A stretch of DNA of 64,000 bases, taken from Octopus sinensis (Eukaryota). The notes below the pieces were generated by a model. It searched no databases and had not been told where the DNA came from. It saw only the letters and a list, made by a program, of their open reading frames with translations. The stretch spans positions 12,710,001-12,774,000 of the forward strand of contig NC_042997.1 of the NCBI RefSeq assembly GCF_006345805.1. The letters are read 5' to 3'. Made by a program: the position numbers and the translations under genes. Below, one piece after another: positions 25,961-39,938 of this stretch. How positions within the stretch are numbered: the stretch's first letter is position 1; each line of letters opens with the position of its first letter.

Positions 25961-26232
25961 ATCTATATAAATACCTCTCACTCACACACACACTCCCTCT
26001 GTATATATACATATATTAATATAATACATACATATATATATATATATGTATGTATTCATATTTATATATATATGTGTCTGTGTATGTATATGTATATATA
26101 TATATATGCATACATATACATATGTACATGCATTTATATGTGTGTGTGTGTGTGTGTGATATATGTATGAAATAATTATGCCAATGAAAAAGACGATGAT
26201 CATGATCATAGGGATATTATCGTGCACCGATG

Positions 26233-26321
<89 letters not shown>

Positions 26322-26357
26322 CATTAGCATCTTCTTTCAATTCTGCTTCCATTTTTT

Positions 26358-26755
26358 GCCGAGTGTCTTCCCGATACTCTACAGGAGCTAAAAGCTTACA
26401 TCCAGAAATTGGGTTGTCCAATATTTCTATCCCATCATTGCGGTATCGGCACTTTGGTTCTACACCATTTCTCATCACATTTTCTAGATAGTTCCGGGTC
26501 ATTAAGTTCTGATCTTGGGCAGCAAAGTATAGCCTTCAGTCTCTACTTTTAGCTCTGAGCTCCATAGCCACTGATGGGTGTGCTTCTTGTCTATATCAAT
26601 GTGTTTGCTACGGTCGTATATTTGCCATGAAGAGGTTTTTGTTCTCACCAATCAATCAATTCTTCAAACGCATTTTGCGTTGCTATTGATTTCACCTTCT
26701 TTGCAACTACAGTTGCTGCACTTCCATCATACTGTTCAATTTGGGTATTATGATA
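26358..26755 (-). pseudogene. Dong/R4-type LINE internal fragment (post-RT region to the CCHC finger)
   Basis: KPLHGKY..., AAQDQ-like segment, TRNY...PKCR...ISGCKLLAPVEYR. Confidence 0.8.
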
Positions 26756-26764
26756 AGCTCACTT

Positions 26765-26975
26765 AGGTGACGAGCTGGCAGAGTCGTTAGCACGCCAGAA
26801 AAATACTTAGTGGTATTTTGTCCGTCTTTACGTTCTGAATTCAAATTCCACCGAGGTCGACTTTGCATTTCATCCTTTTGTGGTCGCTGAAATGAAGTAC
26901 TGTTGATCACTGAGATTGACGTAATCGACTAGCTTCCCGGTCAAAAAACTCCAGGTCTTGCGACTATAGTAGAAA
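26765..26975 (+). mobile_element. SINE family B
   Basis: gagctggcag...gaattcaaattccaccgaggtcgactttgcatttcatcc. Confidence 0.85.
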
Positions 26976-27190
26976 GAATTCTACTTCTACTTCTTCTTCT
27001 TCTTCTTAGTCTTCTTCTTCTTCTTCTTCTTCTTATTTCTTCTTCTTCTTCTCATCTTCTTCATCTTCTTTTCTTCTTCTTCTTCTTCTTCTTCTTCTTC
27101 TTCTCCTTCTTCTTCTCTTTTCTTCCTCTCTTCTTCTTCTTATCTTCTTTCTCCTCCTCCTCATCATCATCTCATCATTATCATATTATG

Positions 27191-27226
<36 letters not shown>

Positions 27227-28258
27227 TGGCTAGTCATACAGGCAATAGCCTTAGTAATAATATTAAAGAAAAGAAACGAAACTAAAGAAACCTGACAAAA
27301 ACATGGATTAATATAAGAAAAGAGCATTCGATGAATTGTATATTTAGATGCAATCACGTATGATCAAAATTTACAATGAGGCTGATGTAGGTTTTAGTAG
27401 ATGACCATAAATTGTGGGAGGGGCCGTGTATTTGTATGTATACAGAGAGCAGAATATCTGCTTTAAAGATTTCTTGCAAGAAAAGGTACAGTGTGATAAT
27501 ATCAGCAAATTGTCACGCAACGAAGAAAGTATTATATAATAACACAGTACCATTAAATTCTATTTTATTCTATGTAAAATTATTGATGGGTTCTTAGCTC
27601 AAAAATCCAAGCATACACACATACACCACAAACGTGTAGGTATATATATGTATATTTCTATATATATATATTATATAGATATATATATATATACATGTAT
27701 ATATATAGATACATACACACACAAACACGCACACACACACACACCCATATATATGTTCATATATGTATTATATAAGTATGCATATACATATACACGTACA
27801 TATGACTATATAGATGTATGGAGATATATATATATATATATACACATATATGTGCATGTGAATATATATTATATATATATATATATATACGGTATGTATG
27901 TATATATACATATATATGACAATATAGATGTATGTATATATATATATATGTAAATGCATGTATATATATTATATATTATATATATATATATATATAAATG
28001 ATCTAAAATCAAGATTATAAAATATAGTAGCAAATTTACTCATCTTCAATGGAGGCATAAAATGAGGGAGGGAAGTCATAACAGCAGTATGCATTGAGAA
28101 ATGTGTAAAGGTGTTGATAGATTACTGTGTTATATCTTCGAAAAATCATATTATTGTTGGTGATACAGCATTGTATTGCAGCTATATGACGTGTGTGCGA
28201 CTAAGTAACATGTGATGACGATTCATTCCTGAAGTGAATTAGGCTTCTAGCCTCTCTA

Positions 28259-28414
28259 TCATGAATAGACGATATTTTCTGTTTGGTCGACACTAATTTT
28301 CAAACTACTGGTGTCTGTTGTTCTACTGATATCGACGCATAGCTAGCCGTGTGTAAACATCGGACTGGGTAAAAATACACCTTCGAGATCTAAAGTCTGG
28401 CCCTGTACTTTCAT
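28259..28414 (-). pseudogene. Helitron/PIF1-type helicase C-terminal relic
   Basis: KVQGQTLDLEGVFLPSPMFTHG*LCVDISR...TENIVYS* matches the QGQT...VF.HGQLYVA.SR...T.NIVY motifs, with an in-frame stop. Confidence 0.75.
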
Positions 28415-28470
28415 TGCTGTGAATGAGGGAGAGATATATTTAGGGTTATAAAAATCAAATTAAGACTTAC

Positions 28471-28536
28471 CTCTAACTGTTCTATGCAAATAATGTCTGG
28501 ATGTTCTAGTACCATGGGTTATTTTGATTGACAAAA
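28471..28536 (-). CDS. Candidate 66-nt phase 1-1 exon (LSIKITHGTRTSRHYLHRTVR)
   Basis: Acceptor ccatttcag, donor GTAAGT, only one open frame. No homology recognised. Confidence 0.3.
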
Positions 28537-28811
28537 CTGAAATGGAAATAACAGCCGCTTTTAAAAGCTGTTTCGAATCCTGCTCAAGACTGACACACTC
28601 CAATAACTACTAAATAATCACACACACGCTATATACTTACATCCACTTTTTTCCATTTATATCCGCAATTTAGCGTGCTCTTGACCCCCTTCGTATCTCC
28701 GATGGGGCCACGAACTACACGGTGTGTGTGTGTGTGTGATATATGTATGAAATAATTATGCCAATGAAAAAGACGATGATCATGATCATAGGGATATTAT
28801 CGTGCACCGAT

Positions 28812-28918
<107 letters not shown>

Positions 28919-28920
28919 CA

Positions 28921-29543
28921 TTGTCATTTACTTTTAATCTGCATGTTGAGCAATCACCTGCCGGGGCACACCCAGCGCCCTAGGGCAAGTGAAGGTTAGA
29001 GTGTTGAAATATAGCTGAAAGCTTGGGAAGGGGAGTGAGATAATCTCCATGTAATGCAAACACAGACATTACATTGATAGGGTTTTTCTAAGGATGTGGG
29101 CAGTACTTGTTAGCACAATCTTTTGGATTTCCTTGAGACATGTTTTTCCAGGGATATTGTCTAGGTGTTTCTGACATCCTTTTTTATCATACCTAGGGCA
29201 CCTACAATAACAGGAACAGTTTTTGTTTTAAGATTCCACATCCTCTGTATTTCGATTTCCAGGTCCTTATATTTACTAAGTTTGTCAAATTCCTTGACAG
29301 ATACATTTTAATCAGTGGGGACGCTTACTTCTATTAGTCTGCAGGTATTTTCTTCCCTGTCTTTAACAATTATGTCTGGTCGATTAGCCTTGATCGTTCT
29401 GTCAGTGTGACTGGAAAATCCCAGAGGATGGTGACATCTTTACTTCAACAACTGGCTGAGGATGGTGTTCATACCTCAGCCAGTTGTTGAAGGTAAAGAT
29501 GTCACCATCCTCTGGGATTTTCCAGTCAACACTGACAGAACGA

Positions 29544-29545
<2 letters not shown>
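28921..29545 (-). mobile_element. 5'-truncated Dong/R4-type LINE (RLE domain and 3'UTR) inserted in a (TTA)n tract, with a snap-back 5' end
   Basis: WYEHHPQPVVE..VTILWDFPV...ANRPDIIVKD...LIEVSVP...KYKDLEIEI...ILRKTLSM*; stop at 29069-29071. Confidence 0.9.
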
Positions 29546-29591
<46 letters not shown>

Positions 29592-29659
29592 TATTATTAT
29601 TATCATTAGCATCTTCTTTCAATTCTGCTTCCATTTTTTGCCGAGTGTCTTCCTGACAT

Positions 29660-30242
29660 ACATACAAAATACAGAGATTCTCGTGGTCAGTAAGTTTTTA
29701 ATAAAAATTCGAAGGTGGATTATCAATTCAAAAATCAATATCCACCAAATAATCATACTTTCTGGTTTCTTTAATGCAAAGATTCTTCCTAATGACTGTC
29801 TTTGTAGCCTCGAAAAATATTGTAAGCATTGGTGCAACCGTCTGGCCGTGAAGGGATAATAGACAAAGAGACGGACAGGCAGACAGGTAGACGGACATAA
29901 CGCCCATTATATTAAGATAGCAAATCTTCCCATCTTCTTTGGGAAATAAAGGGATAATATCGCAGATCTAAACCCTCTAAATTCACGAACTGTACGGGAT
30001 GGAAATCAAGGGTTAACCCTCGTTGCCTGAATTTTAACAAAACAAAAAAAAGAATCAAAGGTGATTTATTAATACAAAACTTAATATCCACTAAATAATC
30101 AAACATTTTCACATTTTTTCCGCTAAAACGTTCCTGATTACCTCCTTAATCCCGACAAACCTCGTCACCATTGGTTTAGCCGTTTAATCGTGAAAAGAGA
30201 ACAGACAGACAGACGGACATGAGGCCCATTATAGTAAGATAT
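29660..30242 (+). mobile_element. Two tandem Lep1-like non-autonomous Helitron-like units
   Basis: Both units end in cgtgaa...acagacagacggacat.a.gcccattata.taagat (~29920 and ~30241). Confidence 0.55.
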
Positions 30243-30969
30243 AAAAACCTTTAAAAATTCCACGACATTTAGCTGCGCACAATTTTCAAATAAGGTGTGA
30301 TAGTATTATCCATATGTATGGTGTTTTCTTTTAGTTGTGTTGTTGACAATTTTCACTTCAGCTTCGGGTTCCGAATTATTATAAGATACTTTTCAATTGT
30401 CATTCATAGGTGATACGTTTCTACCTGTTTACTATTTTTAAAAACATGTAGACATTTTAAATTTTCAGCTATAGAACATTTCCATGAGACACGTCCTTAG
30501 TTTGTTGTTTATGCATTCTAACCTGATCTTTTTGAGCCCGTTTCACCAATGTAATTTTCCATGCATTATGAGCATATGATGCGGTAAATGTGATATTATG
30601 CATTGCAATTCATATTTGCAATAACCTTCAATTCTTTCCCATTTTTGCCAATGGCTAGGCTGAAAGATGAGTGTAAAATTATGCATAAACGTTCATCAGT
30701 ATGACTCTTTATGAACTGTGAACTATTAGAGATATGCTTTATAAGAAGTGCTTACGTCTAGTGAAACATCTAAAATATCGAGTTTTGACATATTAGTAGC
30801 GACTGTGATTTGAAGGCCTAATTTTAAGGCCTATGGTGTAACAACCCCAGATATGGAATATACTCAATCTGTCGTCTCAGTATAGACCAAAGTCATGGGA
30901 TGGGTACTTAGGTCGCAATATGTTTAATACAAAAATGTCTACAAATCTGCGATACATGCATACATCTTG

Positions 30970-31262
30970 AAATCTTGAAGAAAAACTGAATAATGACATA
31001 CATACATGCATACATGCATGCATGCATGCATGCATGCATGCATGCATGCATAATACATACATACATACATACATACATACCATACATACATCATACATAC
31101 ATACATACATACATACAACATACATACATACATACTACATACATACATACATACATACATACATACATACATACATACATACATACATACATTACATACA
31201 TTACATACATACATAACATACATACATACATACATACATACATACATACATACATACATACA

Positions 31263-31293
<31 letters not shown>

Positions 31294-31432
31294 CATACAT
31301 ACATACATAATACATAACTACATACATACATACCATACATACATACATACATACATACATACATACATAACATCATACATAGTACATACATACATACGTA
31401 CATACGTACGTACGTACGTACGTACGTACGTA
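30970..31432 (+). repeat. (CATA)n/(CATG)n/(CGTA)n array preceded by a ~30-bp RLE-LINE 3' terminus
   Basis: aaatcttgaagaaaaactgaataatga matches the terminus seen on the minus strand at ~56745-56772. Confidence 0.7.
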
Positions 31433-31653
31433 GATGATTAAATGTATTTTTTACAATCAGTTGTTAATGGAATTTGAAATATTTTGCCGAGTGAAACTGA
31501 AGATGTTACAGATTTTATGTGCGCCAGTAACACATTGAGAGCTGGGGATTGAACGTGTGCGAGATAGACTGTATGAATGTATGATATACGTTTATATGTG
31601 AAAATATTGGGGAATTAATTGCTTGAGACTCGGCGTAGATATGTGTATATATA

Positions 31654-32035
31654 GGAGCACTCCGTTGGTTAAGACGATGAGGGTCCCAGCTGATACGATC
31701 AACGAAACAGCTTGCTCGTGGAATTAACGTGCAAGTGGCTGAGCATTCCACAGACACGTGTACCCTTAACGTAGTTCTCGAGGAGATTCAGCATGACACA
31801 GAGTGTGACAAGGCTGGCCCTTTGAAATACAGGTACAACAGAAACAGGAAGAAAGAGTGAGAGAAAGTTGTGGTGAAAGAGTACAGCAGGGTTCACCACC
31901 ACCCCCTGCAGGAGCCTTGTGAATCTTTAGGTGTTTTCGCTCAATAAACACTCACAATGCCCGGTCTGGGAATCGAAACCGCGATCCTACGACCGCGAGT
32001 CCGCTGCCCTAACCACTGGGCCATTGCGCCTCCAC
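31654..32035 (-). mobile_element. tRNA-derived SINE family C
   Basis: Head gtggaggcgcaatggcccagtggttagggcagcggac...gtttcgattcccag; same as 55971-56355. Confidence 0.9.
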
Positions 32036-32760
32036 TAGATGTGTGTATATTGACTCGTTGACATATTATCATAGTTACATAAAATTATCGAGAAATACAG
32101 GCTGTAAGAGGCTGTGGATCAACTACTCGGAGAGAAAAATGTTGGATATGAGATACCAATGTGTGGACAGGGTGACGAATTAGCCATAGTGTGTACGAGT
32201 GAGCTAAGTAGTGAAAAATGAAGAGCATGTGTGAGCGTTTATCAGTTTGTGTTTTTTTAAGTGGGTAGATGATGCTCATGAGTTACTGATACAATAGGAA
32301 AACCCCTGAGTCTAAGCGAAATATTAGCTGCTGCTCGGGATAAATATAAGCAGTGAGAGTACGAAACAGCAAACAAAATAGTGTTAGTGGAATTGGTTTA
32401 TTGAAGAGTAATGGCAGGTGATAAATTCTAGTAAACCGTTGCGATTTCGAAGGACCTGGAATGAATAGACACTAACAATTTCGACAAACTGCCACCGTGT
32501 AAGCCATAAACACGGAACTTGATAGCATAAAATAACTTTGGGATGAAGCACGTACGGATGCTTAAGACATTGAGAAAATACAGGCCCTGTTTAAAATGGA
32601 ATCATGCAAAGACTGATATTGGGGATCAGAAAAGGGTAAAAGAATTGAGATCACGAAGAGAGATGCACTAGGGGCGTATAGATTCTCCATTATTCGATCT
32701 CTGGCATGCATTTAAAAATGATATCACTATATATACATTTACACATACATAGATACACAC

Positions 32761-32834
<74 letters not shown>

Positions 32835-32890
32835 GTGTGTGTGTGTGTGTTTATGTGTGTGTTTTTTTGTGTATATATGCATATATATAG

Positions 32891-33077
32891 AGTGAGAAAA
32901 AATGCAGACAGAATGTGAGGTTGATATTATCATGATTGGCAGGAACATAAACATCATGAAAATGACATACACTTGTGTGCGTATACATACATACATACAT
33001 ATATATATTTATAATGTATGTATCATTGTATATATATGTATCATTGTATATATAATGTATGTATCATTGTATCATTG

Positions 33078-33120
<43 letters not shown>

Positions 33121-33294
33121 GTTTGTGTTTGTTTGTGTGTGCGTGTGGGAATATACATATATAACTATATAAGTATGTATATAAATATATATGTGTGTGT
33201 ATATACATCCTATACAGTGAGAAAAATACAGACAGAAAGTGAGGTTGATAATATCATGGATTGGTAGGAACATAAACATCATGAAAATAACATA
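32891..33294 (+). repeat. Two copies of an ~80-bp unique core (32891-32969, 33216-33294) in a ~325-bp tandem duplication
   Basis: agtgagaaaaa..cagacagaa.gtgaggttgata..atcatg..ttgg.aggaacataaacatcatgaaaat is repeated. Confidence 0.85.
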
Positions 33295-33332
33295 TATTTG
33301 CATATACACACACACATACATACATACATACA

Positions 33333-33366
<34 letters not shown>

Positions 33367-33990
33367 CATATATACATACATAAATATATATATATATATA
33401 TATATATACGATGTATGTATCAGTGTATATATGTATATATCTGTGTGTATTGTATATATATATATATACATACATAGATATACGTTTATATAAGTGTATA
33501 TATATATACGCATGTATATATATATATATATATGTGCATATAATAGTTATATACATATATGCAATAATACATACGTTATAAATATATATGTATGTGTGTA
33601 TGTATGTATGTATGTATGTATGTATGTATAAGAGGTTATAAAAAGACATACATAAAGAGATACATTCACAGATATGAAGTTAATTTGTTATCTATAGATA
33701 CATCGGAAAATTTCTGAAATGGTTTTGTATGAATATACAATCTTACATGTACACTTAGTATCTCTTTATCAATCATATTTTTTGTCTGCATTGATATATG
33801 TGTATGTATATATACACATCGATATACATACGCATATACTTATAATATATATGCATGCATACAGTCTAAATATCTATATGAAAGCATGAAAACACTTGCA
33901 TATGTATATATGTGGTTTTGTGTTGGAATAGATTTGAAATTTATATATGTACATACACAAACACACACACACACGCACATATGCATACAA

Positions 33991-34055
<65 letters not shown>

Positions 34056-34141
34056 CATATATATATATATATAATATATATATAATATATATATAAATAT
34101 TTACATATCTATGTATATATATATATTATATATATATATAT

Positions 34142-34178
<37 letters not shown>

Positions 34179-35126
34179 AACGTATATATGTATGAATATA
34201 TATATATATATATATATATATGTACGTATATACGCAAGCTTGAATGTTAAACGTATATATTCTTTTATATGTGTGTTTATATATATTTACATATTCATAT
34301 ATTATCATGTTAAAAAGAACTATTATAAACATAAATGTTATATGGTAATTATGGAAAAGAAATATAAAATAATACAACTAAAATAACCAAGAACAACAAA
34401 ACAAATAGAAAAATATATCAGATAGACAAAACAAATTAAAATATGATATAATGTATGTAAAAGAATCTATTATTTCAGAAAGTTTAAATCCAACAAAGGT
34501 AGTTATTGAAAATATCAGTAGGCAGTTAAAGGTATGAATTTTAGACAGGGAAAAAAAGTAAAGAAGCAATAATGAAAGATAAATTATGTTAGAAGGGGCA
34601 AAGTGTGAGTTTCTGTGCAGAGAGAAGACACTGTAGAAGAGGAAATACGAAAGAAAGAGAGACAGACAGAGCGATAAATAGAGAGTGTGTAGGGGGTGTA
34701 TTATATGAGAGGTTGGAAGCGAAGAATAGAAAATAAGCAGAATTAGGAGACAATGTGTAAGTAAGTAAAAGAAGGTGAACATAATAACATTTAACTAGTT
34801 TGAAATACAATGTTTCACAATGAAATGAAGCCAAAAAATATCGAACAAGAAGAAAGCTAGAAGAGTGAAGGCAACAAAACTGAAAATAAGTCAAATGGAT
34901 GTAGATAAGAAGAAAAAAATATATTGTCTTAAAGAGAAAAATGTTGACGCAAACGTAAATGTTGGTAAAATGAAAATATCTTTCATATGGTAGATAGCTA
35001 CAGAGATAAATACACTCACACACATTTCTGTACACACCTATATAAACATATACATACACATATTCATACGTACATACACACATACGCACATACATACATA
35101 CATACATACATACATACATACATACA

Positions 35127-35185
<59 letters not shown>

Positions 35186-36124
35186 GATCGTTTAAGTTTA
35201 TAGGTATATATAATACGTGTTTAATACGTAAATACGTAGAATATTTTACGAAACCTTAAAGAAATATACACTTCATACGTTATTCCTCATCTTTTACTTT
35301 CCCCCTTCTCCCCTGTATATCTTTTAAGTATCTTTTTCTATATACACGTATGGAATATAAAATAACAGATAATAATCTGTAAAATAACATCATAACTATA
35401 GTATGAAATTACAATATACATATGTATATGTATATGTATAGTGTATAATAAATATAGTTGGTGCAAATCAATGAAAAAAAAAGACAAACAAAATAACCAG
35501 AAACTCTATTTTGAAATATCCGTTGATATCGCTGAAATTTCCACACGCGCATTTCTAAACGGTAGGAAAAATTAAATAAATATATATAGGATTGTATGAA
35601 ATGAAATTAAAATCTATATGAAAAACAACACTATAAAAACAACGCAAGAAACCCTTCAACAATAAGGAACAAGGATAAATTATAAGACGAAATAGTGATA
35701 AATTTCCCAAAGAATTACATGGTATGTTTATATCATATATTTGAATAAAATGTTAACAAATTTGGGAATGAAAACTAGCGTGATTACATATACTTCGTGA
35801 CCGACCCTACGTGTAACTTAACTCAATCATCATCTTTATTCATCCTCATATCGTGGATGACTACATCACAAACATCATTGTCAACATCCTTAAAGAAGGT
35901 GTATTACCTTTACAATTAACGGGACTCTTTTAGACCCAATGTTTAATATTTAATTAGCAGCTAAATTTCTCTCAAATTGAACACAAATTTATTTGAAGAA
36001 AAGTATACACTTAAATATGCTGTCCTATTACAAAAATTACCAGGTGGGGGTTGGTCAGGGATTAAAATCCTTGGAGAAGTTTAATCTTCGGGGACTAATC
36101 TAAACCGACTCCACAATTACAGGT

Positions 36125-36665
36125 ATTTTAGCAATAGTGAGGAATTTTTTGAGGGACATTGTTTTTTACTTTTGATTACTTTGTATATTTCGAATGCTTG
36201 CTTCCTTCTTGGGTCTTGTTTTAGTAGTACGATGTTCTGGTGGATAAAATTGTAAACCTCTGTGTTTCATGGGTTGTGTGTTGTGATAAAGGTTAGAGAA
36301 TTGGATGTAGCTGGAGAGTTTTTCACTTTTCTTAGTTCTTCGATGTTTATTGATTTGCAACGTCCTATTCTGATGTCTATTATACTTGTTTTAATTCCTG
36401 GAATCTTTTATTGTGAGTATCAGAGTTTGAGACATGTGTGCAGATTTTGCTTGCTAGATTAAAGATGATATCATAATTCGTGCGTTTGCGATGGCATGAG
36501 GAGAAAAGTGTTGTTTAGAATCTGTTTGTTTGTAGTGAAGATATGTTCCAATACTTTTATCTCTGTTGATGATTAGTATATCCAAGAATGGTAGTTGAGT
36601 TTTACTGTAATCCATGTTAAAGTTAATATTATTTTTTTTATGCTGTTGATTAGATTTTCGAAATC
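36125..36665 (-). pseudogene. PLE reverse transcriptase C-terminal half and thumb, degenerate
   Basis: NINFNMDYSKTQLPFLDILI...YKQTDSKQ, NLASKICT, FITTHNP, LKQDP...IKSKKQ...LKKFLTIAK. Confidence 0.8.
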
Positions 36666-36759
36666 GTAAAGAACCAACAATGTAAAGAATACATGTAAAG
36701 AACCAGCAATGCAAAAGATACAAGTAAATAACCAAGTACAAGTTGCATAAACATACAAT

Positions 36760-37275
36760 ATCCCACCGATCTTAAATTTACAGCAATCGCAGCAGGCCCG
36801 AACTTTTGAAACACACAGACTTAGCAACGTTTCAGATATATTACTAAAACCTATTATACCTATTATAAAATACATACATCGACCTGGACCTGTTAAACCA
36901 CCTCTCACAATACATATACAATGTTACCACTATTGTATCTTTTGACGTGATAAACATCGATACCATAATCCTACCCCAATATAGACTAGAGGCAATAAAT
37001 GTCTGACTTGGGTAAAACCCTCATGAAATTCCAGACAGAACTGAAAAGTGCTTCAACACTGTAGGATTAAAGTTTATCCTCGAAAACAACTATTTTGACT
37101 TCGATGGCAATATTTACAAACAAATATTTGGGACTGCGATTGAGAAAAAAGTTGATCCGACTTAAGCCAAATCAAGTCATGGCATTCATAGAAGTCCAGA
37201 TATATGAACAATCTAAATATATGGCTTGAAATATCTACTAGAAAAACTGGAAATGTTACTTAGATGACTTCCTAA
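36760..37275 (+). pseudogene. PLE reverse transcriptase N-terminal half, degenerate and inverted relative to its C-terminal half
   Basis: LKFILENNYFDFDGNIYKQIFGTA and W..YLDDF. Confidence 0.8.
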
Positions 37276-39723
37276 TCCGATGGACGCACTTTTCGGGCGA
37301 TTCAGGTCCTTGTTCGTGTATATGTTTTCATTCATGGGCGAGAACTATAGCGTTAGCACATTTTAGTTCGTATTTTTAGTAATGTAGCAATTCAGATGAA
37401 TTAGGTACTTAAGTTGAGACACCAGAATTTAGTACGGTAATATCCATACAGTTTCAAAATACGGTGATTAAAATCAAAATAAGCAAGAGGATATCCAGAG
37501 GTAACGCAGGTAACCTTTATAAGGGCATATGAAAATAACTTGACTGTCTTTAACGATCTGTTTGTTGGCCTACGAGCTTTTACGTCGGATACTATTTGAA
37601 GTCTCTAAAGATAACAGATTCCTAAACGTCTTCCTCTCTAGTTTCTCATTCTAGCTTACTTTCGTTGGAACTATCCTCTCCACAGCTTTAAATCAACCCC
37701 AATAAAAAATCTATTTATATTAGAGGAGGTGCCTGAACATTTCTTTGACTTAATTTCATGTTTGTTTTCCAACAGCTAATTATATTTATACGTCTATCGC
37801 ATCCAAAATCTTCGTTCGCTGCGAGAATTTCTACAACCATTTTGCTTACTGATTGCTTTGATTACACCAGAAGGAATATTTAGCTATTCCTTGCGTGTAT
37901 ATTGAATAAGAGAACTTCTCAGGTGTTATTCAGAGTTTGATATCTAGTATTATCTAACAATTTGATGTCTCACGTTCTCGAAACTTATACTATTTTTCCA
38001 GATAAGTGAACTTGGCAGTATGTTTTGCACTTGTTTCAAGTTTTTGCGGCGCCGATTATATATCAGCGAGTTGTTCCTATTCTGTCACCGACTTATATAT
38101 CGGCAAATTGTTCCTGTCCTGTCGCACCAGCTTTCAGCAAATTAAATTGTCTGATACAAATATATGGTCTCTCGTCAATGTGGGCTGTCGATTGCTCCCA
38201 CTTTCAGCAAGTATGTAGATACACGTCAATGACTGCGTATATTAAGAAAACAGATGATTAAGAACTAAATTGGTCATATACAGTTTATTCTGCTTCACCG
38301 CGTTCAAAAACAAGACATTTTATTTTTCGTGGTTTAGCCCACCGAGCAACAAGTAATCCTTACTGGGACAGTTTCATAGTTACGAGAACTGGCAGAGCAT
38401 ATCCTTGAGTGGTATATTTGCCTCACTAAGTTTAAACTATTTCGTGGATGTGATTATAGAAAACTTTGATCTAAGTTACAAATTTATAGCAAGCAGTCCG
38501 CATTAAACGATATGTTTAAAAACAGAAAACGGGTAATCTTGTTCGGAAACAATTACATAATGAATTGGATCTGAAAAATACCAAAGAGAATGAAATGAAA
38601 TCGAACCTGAAGATTTCTGTTTCGTTGCAAATAGTTGTAGCTTTATCTCTTGCAATCTAACATAAACAGGTGAACATTTTTCAACTAAGTATTTGGGGAA
38701 TTTGATGGTGACAATGATGTTGTAGGTCGTAGATTTTTTTTTCATTGTTTCTATTATTTTGCATACTTGTCACGTTTTCAAGTAACAAATACGAAGAAAA
38801 TAGTACGGTTAAACAGAAAAATTGATAATCTTTAGGCTGACAGTTTCTGTATCGGAAGATAGGTAGATAATATTCAGGTGTTAAGTTTAATGAAAAAAAA
38901 ACTATTGGAGAAATAACAAAATAATAGAGAAAGTTGGTGTTAAACATAAGAAAAGACAACGAACAATTATTGATCAATTAGATATATTAAGAATAAATTA
39001 GGGTGACAAATTTAATTGAACAGCTACACGAACACTATGTAAGTGACAAAGTACAAACTTGCTACAAGGAGAATTATAATGCCAACTAAAGAAAAACTTC
39101 GTAGATGAGGAGTGTTATAATCTATAGCTTTATATATTATTACCATTTCTTTTTATCTGCTTCATTTATTTAAGGTGTTGTGAAATACTGCCCCATAGTT
39201 TGTAATACGTTAGTAGTTGAATTACGTCTTAACCCGAATAAGATGTTTATCTATCGCAGCTATTGCATTCGAACTTAGGCCTGTATGTCTACGAAATCTT
39301 CGTCAACATTATCTCACAGTGCTGAGTTTCAGTAGCTATGTTGAGTTCTTCTTCTTCTTCTTCTTCTTCTTCTTCTTCTTCTTCTTCTCGCTACATAGGA
39401 TATGTGTGAGAATGACCGATCATATAGTGTCTTTAAAAAACTAGTAATACCTTCTGTAGCTGCTTGTCTTGGGAGTACTACTTTAAGGGAAATTTACTCC
39501 CCAAGCCCCTCCTGAATCAAAAGCAGCGCAAGGAAGATTTCACAGGGATTCTCAGTCGTGGTCTCTTCATTGAAGAACTATGTGAGTGAGAGACACTAGT
39601 ATTAGGTAATTAAATTCATCACTGTTTTATTCCTATAATTTATGGTATGACGAAAAGCAAAGATGACATCAGCGAGATTTGAATTCAGATTGTAAAGAAC
39701 CGGAACTAAATAGCATCAAATAT

Positions 39724-39938
39724 AAGGCGGCGAGCTGGCAGAAATGCTTAGCGGTATTTCGTCTGCCGTTGCATTCTGAGTTCAAATTCCGCCGAGGTCG
39801 ACTTTGCCTTTCATCCTTTCGTGGTCAATAAATTAAGTACCAGTTACGCACTGGGGTCGATGTAATCAACTTAATCCCTTTATCTGTCCTTGTTTGTCCC
39901 CTCTATGTCTAGCACCTTGTGGGCAATAAAGAAATAAA
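39724..39938 (+). mobile_element. SINE family B
   Basis: Aligns with 55611-55842. Confidence 0.9.

Noticed and set aside
38051-38124. A ~37-bp two-copy tandem repeat inside short ORFs
   Set aside because: Only two imperfect units with no recognisable coding or element context.
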